This document shows, one piece after another, positions 1 through 9,523 of a DNA stretch of 64,000 nucleotides (position 1 is its first letter; the number at the start of each line of letters is the position of its first letter). The DNA is from Fibrobacterales bacterium (GTDB taxonomy: Bacteria > Fibrobacterota > Fibrobacteria > Fibrobacterales > JAOPTW01). The stretch is from NCBI GenBank assembly GCA_051532035.1, contig JAOPTW010000047.1:25735-89734 (forward strand), written 5' to 3'. A program made the translations under genes and the position numbers. The notes beneath the pieces are model-generated. The model had not been told where the DNA came from and ran no database searches. It was given only the letters and a program-made list of their open reading frames with translations.

Positions 1-2
1 CA

Positions 3-359
3 ATGCTCAACCTCCTTCTAGAACAACCAGGCTACTTGGATTTATTAAACTCTCTCCCTCAAAACGCACTCAACGACACAACAGTACTGGGTGATGTTTC
101 TTTAGTTGAATTTCTGATTGAAAAAGGGCTCAATACCAATTTCAAAAAACGCGGTGGTGAATCCCCACTTATTGCAGCTATGCTTGGTCACCACAGTAAA
201 ACCATTATTATGTTTCTCAAGCGTAAGCTCAACAGCAGCTGCTATACGGGAAGATCACGTGCACTCTTTGAAGAAACTGAGAAATGGTACCAACGCCTTA
301 TACAACGTATGCTCAAACGAAATGACATTCGCTGTTGGGCTTTTGAAAAGAAAACCTAA
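3..359 (+). CDS. Ankyrin-repeat protein, probably the 3' part of a gene that begins before the window
   Basis: LVEFLIEKGLNTN..GESPLIAAMLGHH resembles an ankyrin repeat; the ORF abuts the window start. Confidence 0.6.
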   Translation: MLNLLLEQPGYLDLLNSLPQNALNDTTVLGDVSLVEFLIEKGLNTNFKKRGGESPLIAAMLGHHSKTIIMFLKRKLNSSCYTGRSRALFEETEKWYQRLIQRMLKRNDIRCWAFEKKT

Positions 360-380
360 GAGTCATAGTAAAAAAATCAC

Positions 381-421
381 AAAAAAGGCATCACCTAATA
401 TCTATAGGTGATGCCTTTTTT
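381..421. terminator. Bidirectional rho-independent terminator
   Basis: aaaaaaggcatcaccta / taggtgatgcctttttt inverted repeat between convergent genes. Confidence 0.85.
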
Positions 422-471
422 GTACTTACAATTAATTCCGTGGGCTTTATATACCCACTACCAAGAGTACA

Positions 472-2085
472 TTACTGTACACACTCAAGAATATTGCAGA
501 AGTTCCCATTAATCGTTGCCGCACCATACCATGCGAGGAATTGATCAAAATAAAGTTCATTATGGGCCTGATCTTCATCGCGCCCAGAGTCATCAACAGT
601 TTTACCCCATGTATCAGACCCGTCTTCATAAAACTCAGTGAGCTCGCGACTAAATGCTTCTGTAGCCACCATATCGCCTGTACCATACGCTGCAGTTGCC
701 CACATCCCTATTGTCAAGTGACTATGCTCTCTTCTCCACCGTGAGAAACCTTGGTGTTCCCATCTGTCCCCTTCCGGTACCAATGAACCATCCATTTGGA
801 AAAAATCAGAGGCATCTGCAGGATAATTTACATCCCCTTGATCGCCTTTTGTTTTAATAAATGCCATAGCATTATTAAGAAAGTTAATTGCCCGTTCTTC
901 TCCAAACCATATGGCGTCATTTGCCACACGCCAATAAATCCTAATAGCATCCTTAAACATTGCCTGGCCATTTAAATATGCATTATACCCCGGACCACTT
1001 GGCAGAGTATTACCCCAGGCGTCTGTCCAATCAGGAAGTAACCCTTTGGCGTACCCTGGATTAGATTCAATAATATCATAACATCTATTTGCCACTGCAT
1101 ACCAGTGATTATCACCTGTAGTCTGAGCAAAAATACGATAAAATGCAGGGGTACAATACCCAGGATTCAGGGCCGAGGGCCCACCAAACTCATTACCAGG
1201 TTTAAGGACATCGCCATCGAGAAAGTTATGACGCAGTGACCCAATAATTTCATGAGCATCCTGAAGATATGCTTTTCCTGGTGTCTCTTGCCAGACACCT
1301 TTCTTTACCAAATGATCTGCAAATACAAGCATAAGAGCGATATCTTGATCTGCATCAGTTGCTCCATTTGAACCGGCAACATTTCCATCTTGCCACAAGC
1401 GCCAATTAAACGCTACGCCATTCCACATTTTAATACGTGCGGCTTCATATATTTTGTTAAAATACTCTTGGTCGTTGCTATACAACGCCATGATCATCCC
1501 GTATCCCTGACCCTCAGATACCGCATCTCCAGGTGTTTCTGACTTGGGCCTGTGAAGAAGCCCAAAAGGGTATGGATCAACATTTCTTTTTTTCATCCCT
1601 TCCCACGTTTTATTAAGAATAGGAGTCCAATCCTTTTCTACACGGACATCTGGTATAGTCTGAGCGATAGGATAAGCAATAGACTCTACTTTTTCTGATG
1701 ATGAAATTGCTACAGAAGATGAAACCTCTTCTACAGAACTCTCAACCGTTGATATATTAGAAGATTCAATACCTGTAGTAGAGCTCCCATTCTGCTCTGA
1801 TTCAGAAGAAGAAAGTCCGCTTTCAAAAGAGTTATTACTTTGATTCGTTGAAGAATATCTCTCAGAACTTTCACCACCAAGAGGAGGGCCTAATAAGGTA
1901 TCACTCTCGTAACTATCCATTTGATAGCTCGACAGGTTACTACTCTGGCCGTTACCCAATTCATCTTCTAATCCTGTTGGGTCACTAGAGCACCCCATTA
2001 TTGCCGATACAACCAGAAGGAAAGACAATCCCTCTATTGCGACACCTTTTGTAATTCTCGCTCTCATTACGCTATATTTTTTCAT
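472..2085 (-). CDS. Glycoside hydrolase family 8 lipoprotein with a Ser/Glu-rich linker
   Basis: Lipobox IMGC, about 100-aa Ser-rich linker, GH8 motifs AVSEGQGYGM and ATDADQDIA. Confidence 0.88.
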   Translation of the reverse strand: MKKYSVMRARITKGVAIEGLSFLLVVSAIMGCSSDPTGLEDELGNGQSSNLSSYQMDSYESDTLLGPPLGGESSERYSSTNQSNNSFESGLSSSESEQNGSSTTGIESSNISTVESSVEEVSSSVAISSSEKVESIAYPIAQTIPDVRVEKDWTPILNKTWEGMKKRNVDPYPFGLLHRPKSETPGDAVSEGQGYGMIMALYSNDQEYFNKIYEAARIKMWNGVAFNWRLWQDGNVAGSNGATDADQDIALMLVFADHLVKKGVWQETPGKAYLQDAHEIIGSLRHNFLDGDVLKPGNEFGGPSALNPGYCTPAFYRIFAQTTGDNHWYAVANRCYDIIESNPGYAKGLLPDWTDAWGNTLPSGPGYNAYLNGQAMFKDAIRIYWRVANDAIWFGEERAINFLNNAMAFIKTKGDQGDVNYPADASDFFQMDGSLVPEGDRWEHQGFSRWRREHSHLTIGMWATAAYGTGDMVATEAFSRELTEFYEDGSDTWGKTVDDSGRDEDQAHNELYFDQFLAWYGAATINGNFCNILECVQ

Positions 2086-2269
2086 TATTGTCCCAGTTTT
2101 TTCACTACATCAGTAGTGTCAGTTATTTGTCTGCCCAGATTTATTAATATGTAGTCAACTCTAAACTATACTCAACACCCCCAATAAGTATGTAAATTTT
2201 ACATTTACTTGAAACCCTTGTTAATAAAAATTGCCACTGATTGATCTCGACACAAAGAATGAGGTATTT

Positions 2270-2707
2270 TTAATGAATATGAGTTTTAAACGCCACTTTA
2301 CTGAGCTGAAAAAACTCATTGAGCCGTTCTCTCTGTTTCAAATTCAGGGGATCTATAGTAAAAAGCTTCACAGTATGATCATACATTACAATACGTAAGG
2401 TATTATGATGTCTTCTCCCCGCAATCACACTCACTTCTTTCACATTTTGAGGCTCTAACTTAATAGGTCTCAGGAATGGAATTTCAGTTTGAATCACTAT
2501 TTTTTGGTCTTTAAATATCACTGTATGTAGAGATGACAAAAACGACCACAACAGTGGCGTCCCCAAAGCAACAATCAAAATACTAATGCCAATAGAAGAT
2601 ATGATAAACTCCATTTTCCACCGGTAAATGATAAAAGTACCTAAAAGAATTAAAGCATAGACAAGAATAGATCGAACACTTTTTAAGCTATATAACGAAA
2701 CAACCAT
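2270..2707 (-). CDS. Hypothetical membrane protein (2 TM plus a soluble domain)
   Basis: Two hydrophobic segments; SD-like AAGGAG upstream of the ATG. Confidence 0.6.
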   Translation of the reverse strand: MVVSLYSLKSVRSILVYALILLGTFIIYRWKMEFIISSIGISILIVALGTPLLWSFLSSLHTVIFKDQKIVIQTEIPFLRPIKLEPQNVKEVSVIAGRRHHNTLRIVMYDHTVKLFTIDPLNLKQRERLNEFFQLSKVAFKTHIH

Positions 2708-3002
2708 ATTTACTCCTTCGTAAAAAGAGGCTTCAAAATGCCTATGAAATTAAAAGCTCCTCATAGTTTACCATTTTGCGTTCTCAAACGCCACTAAAGA
2801 GCAACCCACCACACTACGCTTACTAAAAAAGCTAAACTTATCGACGATTGAACACTAAGTCAATACGCAAAAAATCCATTCATATAACAGAAATAGTGTA
2901 AAAGCCGTTAATATTCGGTAAAAACTTGTTTACTATCCAAACCCAAACAGGTTTCACTTGCTACGTTTACTTTTGAAGACTTCAACTCGTGGGGGCGAGA
3001 CT

Positions 3003-3839
3003 ATGACTCCTTCTTTTATTTTTACACAATCAATTATTCTCATTCTCATTTTAACTTCTTATTCACATGCACTATTCATAAAAAGTACTGCACACATTAA
3101 AGATGTCTCATCAGGAAAGGTTTTTGCAGAACTCTATGACAGCACCTACATTACCCAAGGGATTAGTGTTCGTAAAAAACAACCATACATTGAGACAAAA
3201 GCAAACCTATTAGAAAACAATATTGACCAAGACTTTTTGTTCTGCAATGAAGGTGATGTCACGACATGCCATTATCAACTTCTTGATACCATTGCCTTAA
3301 TGAGTATAGAAGGTGATACCATCGGAAAAATATGGAATCCCTTTGGCGCCAAACGCCACTTCCCTTCAATCATGGATTTAAGAGATGATGGTCTCGGCCT
3401 TCAAGTGAATATTAAAGGTGTGATTAATTCGAGTAAGGTGTATGATCTCAAACCTTGGAACAGTGTAATAGAATCCGTTGCCGCTGACAGCTTGTTTAAT
3501 CAAACCTACTACACGATATCTGGTAAAATGAAGAAAATAAAAACCGAATTTAAAGATGAGTTTTTCGAAGACTTTCAGTCAGTCTCAACCTATGACCGCT
3601 CTCTACCTACACCAAAACCCACAATTCAATATTTTTTTGACACAGATACTCTCAAAGCAATCTGGATTGACAGTGAGCTCCAATCCAACAACAAAGTAAA
3701 GTTTCAGAATAAATGGCTCTACTTTGATCCATCAATTCAAAGTAAAGTAAATAGTGTCAAAGAGATGATCTGTGGATCAATGATTAAAAAAAGTGGAAAC
3801 ATATTTCAATTTAATCAAGCTTTGGATAGGTGTAAGTAA
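3003..3839 (+). CDS. Hypothetical secreted protein
   Basis: ATG at 3003 followed by a signal peptide ending SHA; long ORF. Confidence 0.65.
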   Translation: MTPSFIFTQSIILILILTSYSHALFIKSTAHIKDVSSGKVFAELYDSTYITQGISVRKKQPYIETKANLLENNIDQDFLFCNEGDVTTCHYQLLDTIALMSIEGDTIGKIWNPFGAKRHFPSIMDLRDDGLGLQVNIKGVINSSKVYDLKPWNSVIESVAADSLFNQTYYTISGKMKKIKTEFKDEFFEDFQSVSTYDRSLPTPKPTIQYFFDTDTLKAIWIDSELQSNNKVKFQNKWLYFDPSIQSKVNSVKEMICGSMIKKSGNIFQFNQALDRCK

Positions 3840-3876
3840 AAGGCACTCGAATTAAGTAACCATAAGGCCCTTATGG

Positions 3877-5079
3877 TTACTTAATTCCTAAAATTTCTCT
3901 CACCAATGCAACAAGAGCATCCGAACCGACCGCTACATCAATCGTCGCTTCGAGCTCAATGAGATACCAATGCGTTATCCAATCGAGCCGATCACCTGGC
4001 TCCAGTGACACATATGCCCCTTGATACTCTACTTCAATAAAAGAGTCACTGACAAAGAGCTCTACTTCTGTTTCACCCGGAGCAAATGAGTCTACGGGTA
4101 TATCCGGGAATGTTTGGATATAGAGAAACCCTTTATTCGTATGAGCCAACCACCCCTCTTTTCCATCTTCAAATGCCTTCAGTTCAAACTGCACTGTATG
4201 ATGCATCCAACTAATATCCTTAATGGTATCGAGTGGTAAATCTGAGAAATATGGGGCAGATACATCGCTCGCTTCTCCTGTAGGAAAAAAAGTTATCCCC
4301 CCTTCTTCACACCGACTATTAGCCCATGGTGCCACTTTTTGTGTAATCGCACTCGTATTAAGTATTGAATACGTGATCTCGACCCTTTGCTTCGTCTCAT
4401 TCACAACATACTTTTTTTCGACAGTCATACCTGTCAAATTATCGACCTCACTTGTCAATACTAATTCAGAATCATCACCCAACAACTCAACCTGATATGG
4501 TTTATTATCAATTTCGGGAGAAGGTGGCCATGTATTAGGCCAGTCTTTTTGTGGGCTCAACCAAAAAATAGCCCCTTGCGAAGGCTCATCAAACACTAAA
4601 ATATCAGTGTCATTTCTCGTAAAAGAGGTAACTCTTCCTCCATTGGATACATCAATCTCTATACCCATACCACCACTTTCGGTAGTATACTTCGATCCAG
4701 AAGCATTCCAAGAGGTCAACACAACAGCAATCGAAGAGCTCACTTTATCATCACTGGATAGCTCAAGTGATGACGTTTCAGATAGTATATTAGATGATTC
4801 AAGAGGAGCACTCCCTTCATCGCTCTCACTACTCGGCATACTACTTGATTCAACGTCCGAAACAGAACTACTTGTGGCTTCAGAGCTTAGCTCATGAGAA
4901 GAACTTACCTGTTCATCTCCCCTTTCAGAGGAGTGCCCCCCAACCTCTTCACTACTCACGCCCTCAATTGATGAACTCGAATCTTTTAACGATGTTGCAT
5001 TTTCACTACACCCAAACATCAATAGAATACATACTGCAATGGCTATGCGTGCACCAATCATTCCACTCATACAAACCAC
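3877..5079 (-). CDS. DUF4380-like (aldose epimerase-fold) lipoprotein with a Ser-rich linker
   Basis: Lipobox MFGC, Ser-rich linker, GGRV..F, FWLSPQKDW..WPP and E.EYQG.Y..L.PG motifs. Confidence 0.7.
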   Translation of the reverse strand: MVCMSGMIGARIAIAVCILLMFGCSENATSLKDSSSSIEGVSSEEVGGHSSERGDEQVSSSHELSSEATSSSVSDVESSSMPSSESDEGSAPLESSNILSETSSLELSSDDKVSSSIAVVLTSWNASGSKYTTESGGMGIEIDVSNGGRVTSFTRNDTDILVFDEPSQGAIFWLSPQKDWPNTWPPSPEIDNKPYQVELLGDDSELVLTSEVDNLTGMTVEKKYVVNETKQRVEITYSILNTSAITQKVAPWANSRCEEGGITFFPTGEASDVSAPYFSDLPLDTIKDISWMHHTVQFELKAFEDGKEGWLAHTNKGFLYIQTFPDIPVDSFAPGETEVELFVSDSFIEVEYQGAYVSLEPGDRLDWITHWYLIELEATIDVAVGSDALVALVREILGIK

Positions 5080-5080
5080 C

Positions 5081-5974
5081 CTATTTCTTTAACTCTTGAT
5101 AGACACGCACCCAATCAACATACATTAATGAAGGAAATGGTGTAGTCGCATCAGGGCGACCAGCCCACGTTCCACCTACAGCAATATTTAAGAGTATATA
5201 AAATTCCTTATGAAACTCTTCCATTCCTTTTTTTTCTATGTCTACTTTGCAATACTCTTTCCCATCAATCAGCCAGTGCATCTCTTTTTCAGTCCACACA
5301 AGCTCAAAAAGATGAAACTGTTGAGCAAAAATCCCTGATTTTAATTTGTACGATTTCGCGCCCATCATTGTATGCCCCTCTGAGTCATAATGAATGTTAG
5401 CCTCTACTACACCATCATCACGAAAACCATAGAGCTCAAAAATGTCAATCTCCCCGGATTTTGGCCAGGGAGTATCACCACCAATTTCGTCAATATTAGC
5501 TCCGAGCATCCAAAATGCCGGCCAAATGCCCATGCCGTGTGGGAGCTGAATACGTGCAGCTATTTTCCCATACTTCCACGACTGTTTACCGCCAGTATGA
5601 AGCCGAGCCGAAGTATACTGCTTATCAGCATGAACTGTTCCAGTATGGATCGCCTTCAATACCAGGTAGCCATTTTCTACATATGAATTTTTAGGACTAT
5701 CTACATAGGCCTGCCATTCATCGTTATAAGGGTCTGGCAACTTTTGTCGAGTCCAATTTTTCTCATTCAGAGCCGTACCATTGAACTCATCACTCCAGGC
5801 GAGCTTCCACTTCGGGCCGGGGGTATAGGTATCACTATTTGTTGCAGGGTAGATAATCTTGGAACTGTTCGCAGCATAACGAATTGCAGCCCTACTTGGC
5901 TGAGCATCTGTTTTTGACCACCCTAAGCTCACACATACCGTAAGAAGAAGTCCTATCTGTATCCCGTAATTCAT
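5081..5974 (-). CDS. Glycoside hydrolase family 16 (laminarinase/beta-glucanase type), secreted
   Basis: WSDEF, WPAFWMLG, catalytic EIDIFE, NIAVGG, VDWVRVYQ. Confidence 0.93.
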   Translation of the reverse strand: MNYGIQIGLLLTVCVSLGWSKTDAQPSRAAIRYAANSSKIIYPATNSDTYTPGPKWKLAWSDEFNGTALNEKNWTRQKLPDPYNDEWQAYVDSPKNSYVENGYLVLKAIHTGTVHADKQYTSARLHTGGKQSWKYGKIAARIQLPHGMGIWPAFWMLGANIDEIGGDTPWPKSGEIDIFELYGFRDDGVVEANIHYDSEGHTMMGAKSYKLKSGIFAQQFHLFELVWTEKEMHWLIDGKEYCKVDIEKKGMEEFHKEFYILLNIAVGGTWAGRPDATTPFPSLMYVDWVRVYQELKK

Positions 5975-6121
5975 GGCATCCCTAATCTGTTATAATAGAG
6001 AAAAGGTATATTTATATGATCCAAAAAGCAAATGGCCCCACTCATATCCAATAAACCAATTTCCCCTCAGGCAAATAGCACACTCCACTAAATAAATTTT
6101 ATATTTTGCGTAGGGAGAACT

Positions 6122-6577
6122 ATGCCACTTAATAAAACCGTTATAAAACTCAGAAAATCCACACTGGTATTATCAGTTTTGATTTTCATTTCAATACTAT
6201 TTCGCATTGTTGAAGTTTTTAACTCCCCCATAACACCTCCAGAATCTCCCACCGAAAAACACACCTACATCAATGCATACATATGCACAAATATTGTACA
6301 ACAGCAACCGGTAGATATACGTAAATCTTTTTTCGAGTTTGAGCGTCGCATCTTTTTTTATACAAAAAGCGATACCACAATTCCAGTATCAAACCACACA
6401 TGGTACAATGGCAATACTATTGTTAAAACTCACACCTGCCCCCACACAGCGACACTCTGTATTTCTTCCATTGGGAGAAACGAACTCTTGAAAGGTAATT
6501 GGAGTGTTGATTTCTTTACACAACGTACTCTACTCCATTCGCGTCAATTTACTGTTTCTAAAAAACCACTATTATAG
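6122..6577 (+). CDS. Membrane-anchored DUF2914-like Ig-fold protein
   Basis: N-terminal TM; A.IC..I...QP, H.WY and G.W.V patterns; the stop abuts the next ATG (TAGATG). Confidence 0.55.
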   Translation: MPLNKTVIKLRKSTLVLSVLIFISILFRIVEVFNSPITPPESPTEKHTYINAYICTNIVQQQPVDIRKSFFEFERRIFFYTKSDTTIPVSNHTWYNGNTIVKTHTCPHTATLCISSIGRNELLKGNWSVDFFTQRTLLHSRQFTVSKKPLL

Positions 6578-9523
6578 ATGCAAACCCTCGCGGCATTCTT
6601 TTTCTGCTTGTTAACAAGTATAGCCGCTGTTGCTCAAACACCCATTGCCCACACAGACACCCTACAACTCTTTTCACGCACCATCGCGGCCACACCGCGT
6701 GTCATTGAAAACCACATCATTGATACCACGCAAACATCCTCTTTCTATCACCAACCAGCACTCTCTGAGTCCCCCCTTACCGTATCGGGTTACAAGACAC
6801 TCTCTATTACCAATGGCACAAGTTCTGCACTCCTCTTTGAACAAGAAATGGACTTACTTATTCACGGAGAATTGACTTCTGGAGTCTATCTTGAGTCGAA
6901 ATTACATGACCGTAATATGCCTACGGGCGCCCAAGGCAACACTCAAAGTCTCAATGACATAGATAGACTGTACCTCAAACTGAATGGAGAGCACTTCTCT
7001 GCAATACTTGGAGATATTCAAATCAGCCATACAATGCAAGAATACACAGCATTGTCTCAACTCAGTCGAGGAGCTGACCTCCAATTTTATTCTTCTCTCT
7101 ATAATGGACACATAAGCTATGGCAACAAATCTACTACCCACCATACCACACTCCTCCAGGGAACCGATGATCTACAGTCACAATTTCAGCTCTATTCTAA
7201 AGAGGGAGGTTTTGTATCTCTTGTTCTTGGCTCAGAAAGTGTTTGGATAAATGGCAACGCAATGAGCTCCCCAACAGACTACACCATTGAGTATGGTACA
7301 GGGGTCATCCTTTTTTCATCGAAACACCTAATCTCTTCTAAAGACTTTATAACCATATCCTATGAATACACTCTCCCAGAACTCCAATCCCAAACCTTCG
7401 CACTGAGTAATTCAGCTACCTTTTCAAGTATATCACTTACAGCTGGCGTTATCTACTCTGGCAATGACAAAGACCAACCCAATGGCACCCCACTCACCAC
7501 TTCTCAAAAAGAACTTCTTTCAACTGATACTTTTTCTGACTCCATCACCGCACCTCAGAGTCACCTTGTCACCGGAGTTACTGCCGATGCAACACTAAAA
7601 AACAGATGGTATTTCCACAATGAAGTTTCATTTTCTGAACAAGACAGCAATAGCATTACTCCTCATTCTAAAAAAAGAGGGTGGCTCTACTCGCTCCTCT
7701 ATACCTCTGACAGCAATAGTCACAAACCAAAGCTCCCTATTCGAGCTACCTATACAGGCTTTTATAAAGACCATACCTACCAAACATTTGTCGAGCTCTT
7801 CGAAGAGCAGCAGTTCAAAAACATGTGGGGGTTTTCAACACCCAGGAGCGCATTTAAAAGTGACCACCTATCCTTAGAGTGGCACCCATCTACCCACACT
7901 CATGTCAGCACTTCATGGGCATATGCTAACGCAAGCACTCCACAACAAAAAAGTACATCCATCAATAGTGAGAGATACAGTGCCTCCCTGAATCATCAGT
8001 CACGAAGTGCTACACTGACATCAGAAATTATCCATACCATGATTCATGGAACGGCCCTCACTCCTGAATACTCCCTCTTTAAAAAAGTACAACAACTCTC
8101 ACGAACATCGCACACTTTTTCGGCACAACTCCTCCCCTGGCAAGTCGCCCCCTTTGTTGAGTCCCGTATGGCATACTACACCACCCCATCATCCAATCGA
8201 CTGTTTACATCTACTGTCTCTACTGGGGTACACTACAACAAACCATCTCTTGAGTTAACCACCAAAGTAACCCACCACCAAATCCGCACCACACTTCCTC
8301 CAACAAGCCATCTTACGGACTCGACTCAAGCCCTTGAGTTTTCTCAATCCCTTACCATAACCCCCACAGCATGGTGGAACAGTAGCGGCTCCCTCAGCAT
8401 GAGAAAATACGCCACTCGAACTCTTGGCAATGGTATATTCTGGAGTACTTTAAGTGAACACTCCCTCTCAACACCTCATAATCTACTGACCTCACAACTC
8501 TCCTATTCTCTAGAAAATGGTACTAATCAGAGCTGGATCCCCTATTATGAAAAAGTGCCTGAGGGTACTGGGACCATACAATACGACTCCACCACAAAAG
8601 AGTATGTTGAAGGAGTGGATGGAGGTGACTACATATATAGAGGAGACATTCGGGATACCCTCTCCTCTGGATCGACCCGCTACTCCCTATCCACATCTCT
8701 CTCAGTAATCCTTAATCCAGGTGTCCTTATCAGCCATGGACTCTTACACGACATTACTCTCTCAGGCTTGTATCGCTGGAGTCAGCAGGATAGTAGCACT
8801 CAAAATTTCTACCCACATTTTAACCCTGAGCCACTGATTCAATCAGGTCTTGATGGTGAACAGCTTTTTGAAAGCACCCTACAATGGACGCATCCTCAGC
8901 ACACAGCACACTGGGCTTATACCTACACCAACCACCACACCACTGAGACCAACACCCTCAGCCCAACCCCCTCGTCACTTCCCAACTCACTCTCTGCAAC
9001 CCTAACCTCTCATACTCTCAAAGGCTGGGGTGCTATTATCAGCAAACTCTGGCTCTATCCTTTTATGCAATTCAGTAATCGAAGTCGTCTTGACCATAGC
9101 ACCCTCACCCCAACACCACTCTATTCATTCGATCGCGAAGATTATAAAGGCGAATTTCAATACCGATACTCTCAATCCATCACACCACTCATAGGGTTTC
9201 ACTACGCACAGACCATCGGGACCTATCAATCCTTTGAGACAATTACCGACATGTACACCCTTATATACAACTTAACCATTCAACCGCAAAAAGATATCAC
9301 CATCGAAGCTGGTGGCTCATCAATAAATACAGTGAGCACCACACAAACAAAACAAATCGCCCATTGGAGTGATAATTTTGCCCCAGGCTGGACCCACCGA
9401 CTTAATGCCCAAGTCTCAATCAATCTCGAAGAGTTCCTCACCCTGAGTTTCAACTACCTCTATCGCATTGAACCTGGTAAAGATTTCCAATCACTCAACG
9501 CACAAGCACGAGCTTATTTCTAA
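6578..9523 (+). CDS. Large outer-membrane beta-barrel protein with a SprA/Sov-like N-terminal region
   Basis: Signal peptide; GNTQ.L.DIDRLYL and SESVWING..M....DYTIEYGTG.I.F motifs; amphipathic strands; terminal ARAYF. Confidence 0.7.
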   Translation: MQTLAAFFFCLLTSIAAVAQTPIAHTDTLQLFSRTIAATPRVIENHIIDTTQTSSFYHQPALSESPLTVSGYKTLSITNGTSSALLFEQEMDLLIHGELTSGVYLESKLHDRNMPTGAQGNTQSLNDIDRLYLKLNGEHFSAILGDIQISHTMQEYTALSQLSRGADLQFYSSLYNGHISYGNKSTTHHTTLLQGTDDLQSQFQLYSKEGGFVSLVLGSESVWINGNAMSSPTDYTIEYGTGVILFSSKHLISSKDFITISYEYTLPELQSQTFALSNSATFSSISLTAGVIYSGNDKDQPNGTPLTTSQKELLSTDTFSDSITAPQSHLVTGVTADATLKNRWYFHNEVSFSEQDSNSITPHSKKRGWLYSLLYTSDSNSHKPKLPIRATYTGFYKDHTYQTFVELFEEQQFKNMWGFSTPRSAFKSDHLSLEWHPSTHTHVSTSWAYANASTPQQKSTSINSERYSASLNHQSRSATLTSEIIHTMIHGTALTPEYSLFKKVQQLSRTSHTFSAQLLPWQVAPFVESRMAYYTTPSSNRLFTSTVSTGVHYNKPSLELTTKVTHHQIRTTLPPTSHLTDSTQALEFSQSLTITPTAWWNSSGSLSMRKYATRTLGNGIFWSTLSEHSLSTPHNLLTSQLSYSLENGTNQSWIPYYEKVPEGTGTIQYDSTTKEYVEGVDGGDYIYRGDIRDTLSSGSTRYSLSTSLSVILNPGVLISHGLLHDITLSGLYRWSQQDSSTQNFYPHFNPEPLIQSGLDGEQLFESTLQWTHPQHTAHWAYTYTNHHTTETNTLSPTPSSLPNSLSATLTSHTLKGWGAIISKLWLYPFMQFSNRSRLDHSTLTPTPLYSFDREDYKGEFQYRYSQSITPLIGFHYAQTIGTYQSFETITDMYTLIYNLTIQPQKDITIEAGGSSINTVSTTQTKQIAHWSDNFAPGWTHRLNAQVSINLEEFLTLSFNYLYRIEPGKDFQSLNAQARAYF

